Assembly: GCA_964616675.1 (NCBI GenBank)
Contig: CAZTRI010000017.1
Span: 1-44,018 of the forward strand
DNA length: 44,018 nucleotides
Reading direction: 5' to 3'
From: Candidatus Woesearchaeota archaeon
GTDB taxonomy: Archaea > Nanobdellota > Nanobdellia > SCGC-AAA011-G17 > GW2011-AR18
Shown: piece after piece, positions 26,346 through 34,617 of the stretch
Layout of the letters: each line of letters starts with the position of its first letter
Position numbering within the stretch: the stretch's first letter is position 1
The notes under the pieces: model-generated
What the model was told of the DNA's origin: nothing
The model's database searches: none
The model's input: only the letters and a program-made list of their open reading frames with translations
Translations under genes and position numbers: made by a program

Positions 26346-26467
26346 ACCATTATAATAAGTATAGAAATATATAAGTTTATGGTAATTACACCCCACAAGG
26401 CCTAATTAAGGACATCTATCTATAAAACCAAAAGCTTTATAAGCATCTTAGACCTAACATAATAATA

Positions 26468-26544
26468 GCCCGCTTTCCGAGAAAGACTCAAGGAAGCTTA
26501 CGGCAATGCCAAGCAATGAGCTTGGGAGTTAACTGCGGGCCACA
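26468..26544 (+). ncRNA. candidate structured small RNA (H/ACA-like layout, unconfirmed)
   Basis: A GC-rich island in an AT-rich 310-nt intergenic region. Closing stem GCCCGC/GCGGGC, followed by C and ACA. Inner helices CTC/GAG, AAGCTT/GAGCTT (the T-G wobble pairs only on the plus strand) and GGC-AAT-GCC. Confidence 0.3.
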
Positions 26545-26707
26545 TAAAAATCATATTCATTAAAAAAATAAAGGACAAGGGTGTAAAGGTCATTTTTCAC
26601 GATATCACTGCCATTTGGCAATTTATGCTAAAGAAGCTGTGTATAATAAAAAGGTAAACGGGCCAATTTTAGCCACTTGTTCTGAGTGTTTTTAGGGGGA
26701 AAATAAA

Positions 26708-27952
26708 ATGGGAAAAGTTAGTCCAGTTTCATCTAAATATATCATAAGGGCACAAATCCATGTTGACGGTACTGTTGATCGTCCTGATGTTATAGGTGCT
26801 ATATTTGGTCAAACAGAAGGGCTTTTAGGCACTGAGCTTGAACTCAGAGAGCTGCAAAAGTCAGGAAAAGTAGGAAGAATAGAAGTAAACATAGATGTAA
26901 ATAATGGTAAGACTTCAGGTTCTATCATAATTCCAGTTAGCCTTGACCAGGCTGAAACAGCAATTATAGGCGCTTCTATGGAAACTATAGAACGTATAGG
27001 TCCATGTAATTCAAAAGTAACAATTGAAAAGATAGAAGATGTTAGAGTTTCAAAGAGAGATTTTGTTATAATGAGAGCTAAGGAGCTTCTAAAACAGTTT
27101 CAGAGCCAGGTTATGCCTGATTCACAGGAAATAACTGAAGAAGTAGCTAGAAGTGTCAGGGTTATGGAGATATGTACCTGGGGTCCTGAAAAATTACCTG
27201 CAGGTCCAGGAGTAGAGGAATCAGAAGAGATAATTATAGTTGAAGGGAGAGCAGATGTATTAAACCTTTTAAAGAACGGTTTCAAAAATGCTATAGCAAT
27301 CAACGGTACATCTATTCCAGAGTCCATAAAGAAGCTTTGCAAACAGAAAGAGGTCACAGTCTTTGTTGATGGTGATCGTGGTGGGGATCTAATTGTACGT
27401 GAATTAATGGCTATGACAGACGTTGACTTTGTTACAAAAGCACCAGACGGAAAGGAATTAGAAGAGCTGACAAAGAAAGAGATTCATCTTGCTCTAAGGT
27501 CAAGGATAACAGCTGAGCAGTTCAAGCATGAACTTGCTACAAAGAGGCCATCAACAAATCATTTGAATAAGAGGCCTATGCCATCACCTGAACCTTATCA
27601 GCCACAGACAAGACCAGTACAACAACCTATAATTGCTAGAAGAGCTTCTACTGCATTAAATAAGAAAAACAAAGATGTGTTTAAAGAAATGCTTGAAGGT
27701 TTGGTAGGAACAAGGGGAGCTTATCTTTTAGATAAAGATTTGAATGTACTTGGTAAAGTTCCAACATCAGAACTTCAGGGAACATTAAAAGATTTAAACA
27801 ATATTGATGCTGTTGTATTTGACGGAACAATCTCAAGACCAATTGCAAAGACAGCTGAAATCAGCAATGTTCATTACTTAGTTGGAATGGATAGTCAAGT
27901 TCAACAGAAAGAAACACCAGTAACACTAATTACAAGTGCTGACTTGCAATAG
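26708..27952 (+). CDS. dnaG: archaeal DnaG-type primase (TOPRIM)
   Basis: N-terminus SKYIIRAQIHVDGTVDRPDVIGAIFGQTEGLLG is typical of archaeal DnaG. TOPRIM motifs IIVEGRADV and VFVDGDRGGDLI. AGGGGG lies upstream of the ATG. Confidence 0.9.
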   Translation: MGKVSPVSSKYIIRAQIHVDGTVDRPDVIGAIFGQTEGLLGTELELRELQKSGKVGRIEVNIDVNNGKTSGSIIIPVSLDQAETAIIGASMETIERIGPCNSKVTIEKIEDVRVSKRDFVIMRAKELLKQFQSQVMPDSQEITEEVARSVRVMEICTWGPEKLPAGPGVEESEEIIIVEGRADVLNLLKNGFKNAIAINGTSIPESIKKLCKQKEVTVFVDGDRGGDLIVRELMAMTDVDFVTKAPDGKELEELTKKEIHLALRSRITAEQFKHELATKRPSTNHLNKRPMPSPEPYQPQTRPVQQPIIARRASTALNKKNKDVFKEMLEGLVGTRGAYLLDKDLNVLGKVPTSELQGTLKDLNNIDAVVFDGTISRPIAKTAEISNVHYLVGMDSQVQQKETPVTLITSADLQ

Positions 27953-27987
27953 AAAACAATTTAAATCTTAGAATCCTTTTTTTATTC

Positions 27988-28623
27988 ATGTTTAAAAAGA
28001 AGAGTGTGCACGATATTCATAAACCAAAAAATACTTTTGGTTTCAAATTCTTTGAATTTAATAAATCTCAATCAAAAAAAGTTGACACACTTGATTTCAA
28101 GAAAGAAGCAGTTAAAGTTAGAGACACAGTACAATCAATTGACTTCAGAAATGCATATCTTATTTTAATCATAGCCATTGTAGTCATCATCATATCATTG
28201 ACAGCACTATCCCCTAAAGATTGTAAAACAGACAAAAATTGTTTCAATGAAGAATCTAAGAAATGTGTAAAATCAAAAGTAAGATTTTATGATGATAATA
28301 ATTTATTTGAATATAAGGTTATAGGTAGACAACAGCAATTCTGTAGGATTAATGTTAATTTAGTAAAAGCAAATCCAGCTTTAACACCAGAAGACAAAAT
28401 AAATATTGACGACAAGCAGATGTACTGTAAAGTTCCATTCAGTATTATATCAGAAAAAGGAGCTTTAGAAATGGAAGAACTATCCTTTTATTGTTCAGGC
28501 CCATTAAAAGAAGGATTATTAGAAATAACAACAGAGAAATTATATGGTGTTATAGTATCAAACATTGGGAAAGTTGCTTTAGAATTCCAGAATGTTTTGA
28601 ATTCAACTAAAGGAATTGTTTAA
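27988..28623 (+). CDS. single-pass membrane protein with a Cys-containing ectodomain, unknown function
   Basis: TM segment AYLILIIAIVVIIISLTAL. Long ORF. Confidence 0.6.
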   Translation: MFKKKSVHDIHKPKNTFGFKFFEFNKSQSKKVDTLDFKKEAVKVRDTVQSIDFRNAYLILIIAIVVIIISLTALSPKDCKTDKNCFNEESKKCVKSKVRFYDDNNLFEYKVIGRQQQFCRINVNLVKANPALTPEDKINIDDKQMYCKVPFSIISEKGALEMEELSFYCSGPLKEGLLEITTEKLYGVIVSNIGKVALEFQNVLNSTKGIV

Positions 28624-29021
28624 AGATTAAAACTACCTTCTCTTAATTCATCTCTGATATCTCTTGGCAATTTCTCAGTAATTTCATCATCACAATATAA
28701 TCTAGCAACTGGATAAATCACATTTTCTTGTCCTACTCTTTCATTAGGCCTATAAACAAAAGGTATTTTTCTTAAATCACCTTCTCCAATAAGAAATCTA
28801 ATCAAACTATATTTATATTCTCTCGCTCTTCTTAGATCATGATCTTCTTCAACAGGAAATGGGACAATTTCAACCTGCATTCTCATTAATCTCTCACCAA
28901 ACATCATATAGAGATCAGTAAATGCACGTGGCCCTATTTCAGGATGCCATACACTTGAATCAGAAAATCTAGAAGGCCTTGCACCAACTCTACCTATAAA
29001 ACCCCCATGTGCACTTTGCAT
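28620..29021 (-). CDS. hypothetical protein, Arg-rich and compositionally atypical
   Basis: I prefer the ATG at 29021 (MQSAHGGFIGR...) to the TTG at 29036. It has about 20 Arg against a few Lys. Confidence 0.5.
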   Translation of the reverse strand: MQSAHGGFIGRVGARPSRFSDSSVWHPEIGPRAFTDLYMMFGERLMRMQVEIVPFPVEEDHDLRRAREYKYSLIRFLIGEGDLRKIPFVYRPNERVGQENVIYPVARLYCDDEITEKLPRDIRDELREGSFNL

Positions 29022-29056
29022 AAAAAAATAGAACAAAAACTAATATAAAAAACTAA

Positions 29057-29701
29057 CTAATCCCAACCCATCTCTCCTTTCAGCTTCACAAACATAAAAT
29101 TCCCAAGTTTAGTAGTTTTTAATCCTTCATCAGATTTAACAACTTTCAACATTTCTTGATCATAAACAGATCCAACAGGAATAACAATAATTCCATTCTC
29201 TTTAAGTTGAATAACTAATTTATCAGGAAGACTTGGTGCTGCAGCAGTCACAATTATCCTGTCATAAGGTGCATATGAAGGCAATCCCACAGAACCATCA
29301 GCCTGAACAACAGTAACATTATCAATCCCAAGTTTTTCTAAGTTTTTCTTAGCAAATTCAACAAGTTCAGGAATAATTTCAGTGGTATAGACATGCCCAG
29401 AACCAACTAATTTAGAAAGTATAGCAGCCTGATAACCAGAACCAGCTCCGACTTCAAGAACAATATTTCCTTCTTCAACATCCAATGCCTCTGTCATAAG
29501 AGCAACAGTAGTAGGTTGGGAAATTGTTTGTCCGGAAGGAATAGGCAGAGGCCTGTCTTCGTATGCATCGTCTCTATATTCAGGTAATACAAACTCTTCC
29601 CGAGGTATTTTCTCAAAGGCCTCCAGCACGTTCTCCCCCACTATATCAGCCCTTCGCCAATGCCCAAACAGCACCTCTTTTTGTTTTTCCAAATTGGACA
29701 T
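29057..29701 (-). CDS. pcm: protein-L-isoaspartate O-methyltransferase
   Basis: GQTISQPTTVALMTEAL, LEVGAGSGYQAAILSKLVG, PYDRIIVTAAAP and IIVIPVG. I chose the ATG at 29701 (MSNLEKQ...). The track's 46-codon extension is hydrophobic junk that overlaps the divergent gene. Confidence 0.9.
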   Translation of the reverse strand: MSNLEKQKEVLFGHWRRADIVGENVLEAFEKIPREEFVLPEYRDDAYEDRPLPIPSGQTISQPTTVALMTEALDVEEGNIVLEVGAGSGYQAAILSKLVGSGHVYTTEIIPELVEFAKKNLEKLGIDNVTVVQADGSVGLPSYAPYDRIIVTAAAPSLPDKLVIQLKENGIIVIPVGSVYDQEMLKVVKSDEGLKTTKLGNFMFVKLKGEMGWD

Positions 29702-29781
29702 ATTAGTTAAAGGAATATTTACATATAAAAGCATTCGTATAAGAAAATGTTTATATAGTAATAAATAGATTAAAGCCATAG

Positions 29782-30348
29782 ATGGAGATTCAACACAGGG
29801 ATAAGTTACTTGCGGTCTTTGAAAGAGCAAAAGCTGCACTTAAAAAAAAAGATGTGGTGGAGCTAAAACTTATCAGTGATCAGGCTATTGATTCTGCAAG
29901 TATTTTTCAAGATGAGGTATATCTATTAACAGCTGTAATAATCTACGCATTAAGTAAGATCCATGAAAGGACTAGATATCAAAAATATTCTGATTATGAT
30001 GGTTTCTGCAAAGACACAGAAGAAGAAATAAACAGAGCATATCAAGAACTTAAAAGAGATAATATTAGTGGATTTGAAAGAACATTAAAAGATATTCTCA
30101 CTGAAATAAAAAGATTAGAACCAGTTTTAAGAAAATACATTGAATATGTTTTAGAAAAATCTAAGATACATAAAGGATCAAGGATTCATGAACACGGAAT
30201 TTCTGTTGGTCGTGTCTGTGAACTGCTAGGGATATCACAGTTTGAATTAAATGATTATATTGGTAAAACTTGGATTGCAGATGTAAAAGAATCAATCACA
30301 ATGCCAATTGAGAAAAGAATTAATTTAGCAAGGGGAATGATGAAATGA
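29782..30348 (+). CDS. UPF0175-like HTH protein (antitoxin-like), enlarged to 188 aa
   Basis: The C-terminal HGISVGRVCELLGISQFELNDYIGKTWI resembles the UPF0175/COG2886 motif. Its stop overlaps the next ATG (ATGA). Confidence 0.5.
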   Translation: MEIQHRDKLLAVFERAKAALKKKDVVELKLISDQAIDSASIFQDEVYLLTAVIIYALSKIHERTRYQKYSDYDGFCKDTEEEINRAYQELKRDNISGFERTLKDILTEIKRLEPVLRKYIEYVLEKSKIHKGSRIHEHGISVGRVCELLGISQFELNDYIGKTWIADVKESITMPIEKRINLARGMMK

Positions 30349-31007
30349 GATATATTGTTTTAGATTCAGGAGCAATTATAAGTTTAGCAATGAATAATCT
30401 GTTATGGACATTAGAAGAATTAAAGAAAAAAACCAAGATTGAATTTATAATTCCATCTTCTGTTAAGAAAGAAATTATTGATAAACCAATGAAATCCAAA
30501 AAATATAAACTTGAAGCAATCCAGATAAAAAGTTTAATTGATAATAATATAATTAAAGAAGAAAAAAGAATAGATGTAAAAAAGTACTTATTTGCTTGCA
30601 ATAATTTATATTACGTCCACAATACTCCATTAAAGATATTACAGGAAGCTGAACTTGAAGCCTTAATCCTTGCAAGAGAATTAAATGGTGGATACGTAGT
30701 AGATGAAAGAACCATACGTGTTCTTGCAGAAGCACCAGAACAGCTGCAGAAAATTTTAGAAAATAAACTAAAGGCAGAAGTAACAATAAATAATAAAAAC
30801 CTAAATATATTAAAAAATGAATTATGCTGTGTTCCAATAATAAGATCTACAGAATTAATGTATATTGCTTATGAAAAAGGTGTATTTAAAGATTTACTAA
30901 AAGGTACAACAAAAAGAGAATTTCTTGACGGTTTGTTATGGGGATTAAGATTACGAGGTTGTTCTATTTCAACAGAAGAAATAAAAAAGCTTATCTCCTT
31001 AAGCTGA
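30345..31007 (+). CDS. PIN-like (COG2405/DUF3368-type) protein, 220 aa
   Basis: IVLDSGAIISLA...IIPSSVKKEI, EAELEALILARELNGGYVVDERTIRVL and IIRSTELMYIAYEKG follow the DUF3368-type PIN pattern. Confidence 0.5.
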   Translation: MRYIVLDSGAIISLAMNNLLWTLEELKKKTKIEFIIPSSVKKEIIDKPMKSKKYKLEAIQIKSLIDNNIIKEEKRIDVKKYLFACNNLYYVHNTPLKILQEAELEALILARELNGGYVVDERTIRVLAEAPEQLQKILENKLKAEVTINNKNLNILKNELCCVPIIRSTELMYIAYEKGVFKDLLKGTTKREFLDGLLWGLRLRGCSISTEEIKKLISLS

Positions 31008-31815
31008 TATGATTATTCATCATTACTCTATTAACTTCTTCTCTTGTTAACGAACCTCTAAAATTAGAATTCAATCTTTTAAACAATCTAGGTTCTTGAT
31101 ATTTTTCATTTATCAGAGCTGCTGCTAACTTTCTTAGTTGGATTGCAGTGTTTGATTTAGGTTTAAATTCAGCTATAGTTTTTGTTTCAGCTTGTGAATG
31201 TGGAATAAAATTATCTTTAAACAAAACAGATATTACAGGAGTTTTTGTCTGCTCTTCTATATTTTCTAAACTTAATTCATATTTTTTGCCTAATACTTTA
31301 TTGACAATTATCCCTTTGATAGGATTCCTCTTTCTCTTTGCAACTTGGACAGCATGCATTGTACAGCTTAATGTTGGATGGTCAGGAGTAGTAATAACAT
31401 ATAATTCATCAGATGCAAGCATAGCAGCTAATAATTCTTTATTCAATGCTGGAGTTGTATCAAGTAAAATATAATCATAAACAGGTTTTACAGAAAGAAG
31501 ATGTTTCTTCAGCATTTGTGGATCAAGTAAATCTTTCACACTTTTCATTGAAGAAGGAAGGATATGCAAGTTAGGATAAAGTTCATATATTGCGCTCTTA
31601 AGACTGGCCTTATGTTCTAAAACATCAGTTAATGTATGCTGCCATTTCAAAAAACCATAATGTAACGCAAGTGAAGGTGCAGAAAGATTAGAATCAACAA
31701 TAAGAACTTTCTTACCAAATTCATTCGCTAGTATATAACCTAAGTTTGCAACTGCAGTAGTTTTCCCAACTCCTCCTTTAATAGAAATAAACCCAATTGT
31801 TTTCGCGTTACGCAT
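30991..31815 (-). CDS. ParA/MinD-family P-loop ATPase
   Basis: Deviant Walker A ISIKGGVGKTTAVANLG and Walker B-like YDYILLDTTP. It overlaps the convergent PIN gene by 17 nt. Confidence 0.8.
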   Translation of the reverse strand: MRNAKTIGFISIKGGVGKTTAVANLGYILANEFGKKVLIVDSNLSAPSLALHYGFLKWQHTLTDVLEHKASLKSAIYELYPNLHILPSSMKSVKDLLDPQMLKKHLLSVKPVYDYILLDTTPALNKELLAAMLASDELYVITTPDHPTLSCTMHAVQVAKRKRNPIKGIIVNKVLGKKYELSLENIEEQTKTPVISVLFKDNFIPHSQAETKTIAEFKPKSNTAIQLRKLAAALINEKYQEPRLFKRLNSNFRGSLTREEVNRVMMNNHISLRR

Positions 31816-31866
31816 ACACAGTCCCCTCTTTTACTAAATAAATCTATAAATAATAGTTTATAAACT

Positions 31867-32328
31867 TTATCTTTTTGAACTCTGCCTATTTGATCTAGCT
31901 TTAGAGTCGTTAGGTTTACGTTTTTCTTTAAATCTTGTATCAGCTACAATCAAGAATTTATCATAACCTGAAAATATTTTCTTAAGTTTCTTATCATAAT
32001 TAGAAAGTGCCCTAGCTATTGCAAGTCTAGCAGCAGCAGCCTGTCCACTAAATCCACCACCAGTAACAGTAACATCAATATTAACAGTATTGGCAACATC
32101 ACCTGCAAGTACTAAAGGTTCACCTATAAAATGTCTTGAAATAAGTGGTTCTATTTTTGCAAGAAGTTGAGAATTTATCCTTACAATACCTTTTCCTTCA
32201 GGATACAATGTAGCCTTAGCTATAGCAGCTTTTCTTTTTCCAGTTGCCTGTACTACTTTTACTTTTTTAATTTTAGATTTAGGAGAGTTTTTCTCTTCCT
32301 TTTCTACTTGTAATTGTTCTGTTTCCAT
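31867..32328 (-). CDS. rps9: 30S ribosomal protein S9 (uS9)
   Basis: GKRKAAIAKATL, VTGGGFSGQAAAARLAIARAL, and a C-terminus ending in KR. Confidence 0.93.
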   Translation of the reverse strand: METEQLQVEKEEKNSPKSKIKKVKVVQATGKRKAAIAKATLYPEGKGIVRINSQLLAKIEPLISRHFIGEPLVLAGDVANTVNIDVTVTGGGFSGQAAAARLAIARALSNYDKKLKKIFSGYDKFLIVADTRFKEKRKPNDSKARSNRQSSKR

Positions 32329-32330
32329 TT

Positions 32331-32747
32331 TCAGTGTTTCCCACCAATATGTAATGTTAATCTTTCTAAAGTAATATAATTTAGTGTTTGTAACTTCGAA
32401 AAATCAGTACCTTTAATAGTTATTGGTTTTTCAGTTATTTCACTTGGTTTTCCAAGATAACACATAACTTTTCTATAAGCTTGCTGTCCTCTTGGTTTAT
32501 CCCAAGGCAACATCCCTCTCACTGCTCTTCTTACAATTCTATCAGGTGATTTATGAATAAAAGGACCTTTATGTGGATCTCCTCTTTCAACTCTTTCTTT
32601 ATATCTCCTAATTGTAGCTTCTTTTGTCCCTGTAATAATAACATTTTCACAGTTAATTACTGATACTTTTTCACCAAGCAATGCTTTCTTAGCAGCATAA
32701 ACAGCAATTCTTCCTAAAATCTGATTTGTTCCATCTATTACTATCAT
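32331..32747 (-). CDS. rpl13: 50S ribosomal protein L13 (uL13)
   Basis: VIDGTNQILGRIA, RAVRGMLP; conserved position. Confidence 0.93.
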   Translation of the reverse strand: MIVIDGTNQILGRIAVYAAKKALLGEKVSVINCENVIITGTKEATIRRYKERVERGDPHKGPFIHKSPDRIVRRAVRGMLPWDKPRGQQAYRKVMCYLGKPSEITEKPITIKGTDFSKLQTLNYITLERLTLHIGGKH

Positions 32748-32748
32748 T

Positions 32749-33111
32749 TTATCCTATCAACCTATATTTTTTTCCTTTTGGATTAGCATTAGCAATATCA
32801 ATTATTTGTACAGCCTTTCCAGATTTATTTATTTTTTCCTTTGCTTTATCGGAGAATTCCCAAGCAGCAACTGTAATCTTCTTTGTCAACTCACCGACAG
32901 ATAATACCTTTCCTGGAATTATAGCAGTCTCACCATCCCTAGTAACTTTATTGATCTTGTAAATATTAACTGTTCTTCTTATTCTAGTAGGCTTATTTAA
33001 TTCTTGAGAAACAACTTTGAACAATGGAGACTTATATTTCTTTGAAGCCTTGTCTAGCAAAACTATTGCTTCCTTCAATTTCTCGTTTGTTGGTCCTGTT
33101 CTTTTTACCAT
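32749..33111 (-). CDS. rpl18e: 50S ribosomal protein L18e (eL18)
   Basis: TGPTNE..., NKPTRIRRTVNI, IPGKVLSVGELTKKITVAAWEFS. Confidence 0.9.
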   Translation of the reverse strand: MVKRTGPTNEKLKEAIVLLDKASKKYKSPLFKVVSQELNKPTRIRRTVNIYKINKVTRDGETAIIPGKVLSVGELTKKITVAAWEFSDKAKEKINKSGKAVQIIDIANANPKGKKYRLIG

Positions 33112-33123
33112 TTTATTATATCA

Positions 33124-33207
33124 TGCGGGAGACAGGGTTCGAACCTGCGCAAGCACTAAGCTACTGGAGCCTTAATCCAGCCCGTTTGACCACTCCGGCA
33201 CTCCCGC
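33124..33207 (-). tRNA. tRNA-Leu (class II, long variable arm); the anticodon reads AAG in the standard register
   Basis: GCGGGAG-TG-CCGG-AGTGGTCAAA-ACGG... anticodon arm CTGGA-TTAAGGC-TCCAG, a 15-nt variable region, T arm GCAGG-TTCGAAC-CCTGT, then CTCCCGC-A. 84 nt. Confidence 0.85.
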
Positions 33208-33228
33208 GTGGTGGCACGAAGCGATCAT

Positions 33229-33993
33229 TTACTTGAGTTCAACATATAGCTCATCAAGTTTTAAATCAATCTCATCAAGAGCGTTTTCAAGCATCTGTAG
33301 TGGAGTCATTTTTCCATATGACTCAATTGTCATTATGAAATCACTATCACTATTTACAATTTTAATTTCATTATTTTCACAAACTTGTTCGTAATGATCA
33401 TTCCATTTATCAAAATCAGTTACTTCTAATTTTTCACCATTCTGTTTCAAAAATCCATCACAATTAGCAATACAATCCTTTACCAATGTTTTCTTTCCAA
33501 TTTCAAAGTTTGGATATCCCCTGTAATAAACAAGTCCAGGTGAATACTTAGCATGTTCAGTTCCTCTACCTAATGTAATTGTAGCTTCAAATTCCAATTC
33601 CTGTCCTTTAAGTAATTTAACTAAAGGAATTTTTCCATAAACAGGTTTTATTTTAGTATCTTGGAATTTTAAATCTTGAGCATAAACAGTTAATGGACCT
33701 TCACAATTTAAAGTTAAAGTTGATTGACATTTTGCACATCCTTGCTTTTCACAAGTACATTTAGCAGGTAAAACATAACTATCATCAGTAAGTAAAGGAA
33801 TTAGTCCGAGTCTATGGGCTATATTTTCATCAAACAAAGCGCTAGTATTTTTTACAAATGTAACATTCTTAACTGCAAGTGTAGGCACTTCAGTCATCAT
33901 TACTCTACGCAAAGTATTAACAAAAACAGGGTCTGAATTAGTAATAAGTACTCTTAACACATTATCTTTTGCATTCAATACCTTAATGTCCAT
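33229..33993 (-). CDS. rpoD: DNA-directed RNA polymerase subunit D (Rpo3)
   Basis: NTLRRVMMTEVPTLAV, AHRLGLIPL and a Cys cluster CTCEKQGCAKC. Conserved position after rps11. Confidence 0.9.
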   Translation of the reverse strand: MDIKVLNAKDNVLRVLITNSDPVFVNTLRRVMMTEVPTLAVKNVTFVKNTSALFDENIAHRLGLIPLLTDDSYVLPAKCTCEKQGCAKCQSTLTLNCEGPLTVYAQDLKFQDTKIKPVYGKIPLVKLLKGQELEFEATITLGRGTEHAKYSPGLVYYRGYPNFEIGKKTLVKDCIANCDGFLKQNGEKLEVTDFDKWNDHYEQVCENNEIKIVNSDSDFIMTIESYGKMTPLQMLENALDEIDLKLDELYVELK

Positions 33994-34096
33994 TTTTCCT
34001 TAACAAGAATATAAAAAAGGAAAGTAAAAGGCTTTTTAAAGCTTTTGGTGAGGATTAACGGAATGTTTAAATAGTTGTTTGAGTTTATGCATTATT

Positions 34097-34315
34097 ATGG
34101 GAAAGACATTTAATGTTATAATAGAAAAGGGATTTGATGGATATTTCATCTCTCAAGTAATCGAATTGCCTGGATGCCATACCCAAGCTAAAACCTTAGA
34201 TGAATTAATAAAGAGAACAAAAGAAGCCATTTCTTTGTATATTAAATCTAAAAAATCTATTGATGGTGAAACGATTAAATTTGTTGGGATACAGCAATTA
34301 GAAATCGAAGCATAA
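34097..34315 (+). CDS. hicB: HicB-like antitoxin (UPF0150 family)
   Basis: FNVIIEKGFDGYFISQVIELPGCHTQAKTLDELIKRTKEAI is the typical HicB N-domain pattern. I prefer the ATG at 34097 to the TTG at 34079. Confidence 0.75.
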   Translation: MGKTFNVIIEKGFDGYFISQVIELPGCHTQAKTLDELIKRTKEAISLYIKSKKSIDGETIKFVGIQQLEIEA

Positions 34316-34542
34316 TGACCAAAGTTCCTCTTTTAAGTGCAAAAGAAATTACTAAAATTCTCAAAAAGTTAGGTTTTGAAATGAAAAGACAAGAAGGGAG
34401 TCACATGTTCTTTGAACACACTGATGGAAGAACAACTGTAATTCCCAATCACCCTGGAGAAGATATTGATAGAGGACTGTTAAATAAAATAATCAAAGAA
34501 GACTTGCAAATATCAAGAGAAGAATTTTTAGATTCTATTTGA
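34315..34542 (+). CDS. hicA: HicA mRNA-interferase toxin
   Basis: KEITKILKKLGFEMKRQEGSHMFFEH...TVIPNHPGEDIDRGLLNKIIKE matches the HicA (YcfA) pattern. Its ATG overlaps the hicB stop. Confidence 0.8.
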   Translation: MTKVPLLSAKEITKILKKLGFEMKRQEGSHMFFEHTDGRTTVIPNHPGEDIDRGLLNKIIKEDLQISREEFLDSI

Positions 34543-34561
34543 ATATAAAAAAACTTATTTA

Positions 34562-34600
34562 TAGACTGCGTCGGCATAGGGTCGAAGGGAGAATCCCTTC
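34562..34600 (+). repeat. long-form copy of the dispersed repeat
   Basis: TAGACTGCGTCGGCATAGGGTCGAAGGGAGAATCCCTTC, with a perfect 7-bp hairpin GAAGGGA-GAA-TCCCTTC. It lies between the convergent hicA and rps11 stop codons. Confidence 0.85.
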
Positions 34601-34617
34601 TAAATAATTAAATAAGA

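Noticed and set aside
26468-26540. Whether the 73-nt GC-rich element with a 6-bp terminal stem is a tRNA or tRNA half.
   Set aside because: On neither strand is there a D arm or a T arm (no GTTCRANYC-like loop), and position 7-66 is mismatched. The size match with a tRNA is coincidental.
29702-29839. A 46-codon N-terminal extension of pcm in the track ORF.
   Set aside because: The extension is hydrophobic nonsense that overlaps the divergent gene's start and the shared promoter region. The conserved Pcm sequence starts at the ATG at 29701.
30320-30837. Track ORFs 30320..30601(-) and 30553..30837(-).
   Set aside because: They lie antisense inside the PIN-like gene and have low-complexity hydrophobic translations.
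33024-33236. Track ORF 33024..33236(+), 70 aa.
   Set aside because: It overlaps the rpl18e start and the whole tRNA-Leu gene on the opposite strand.
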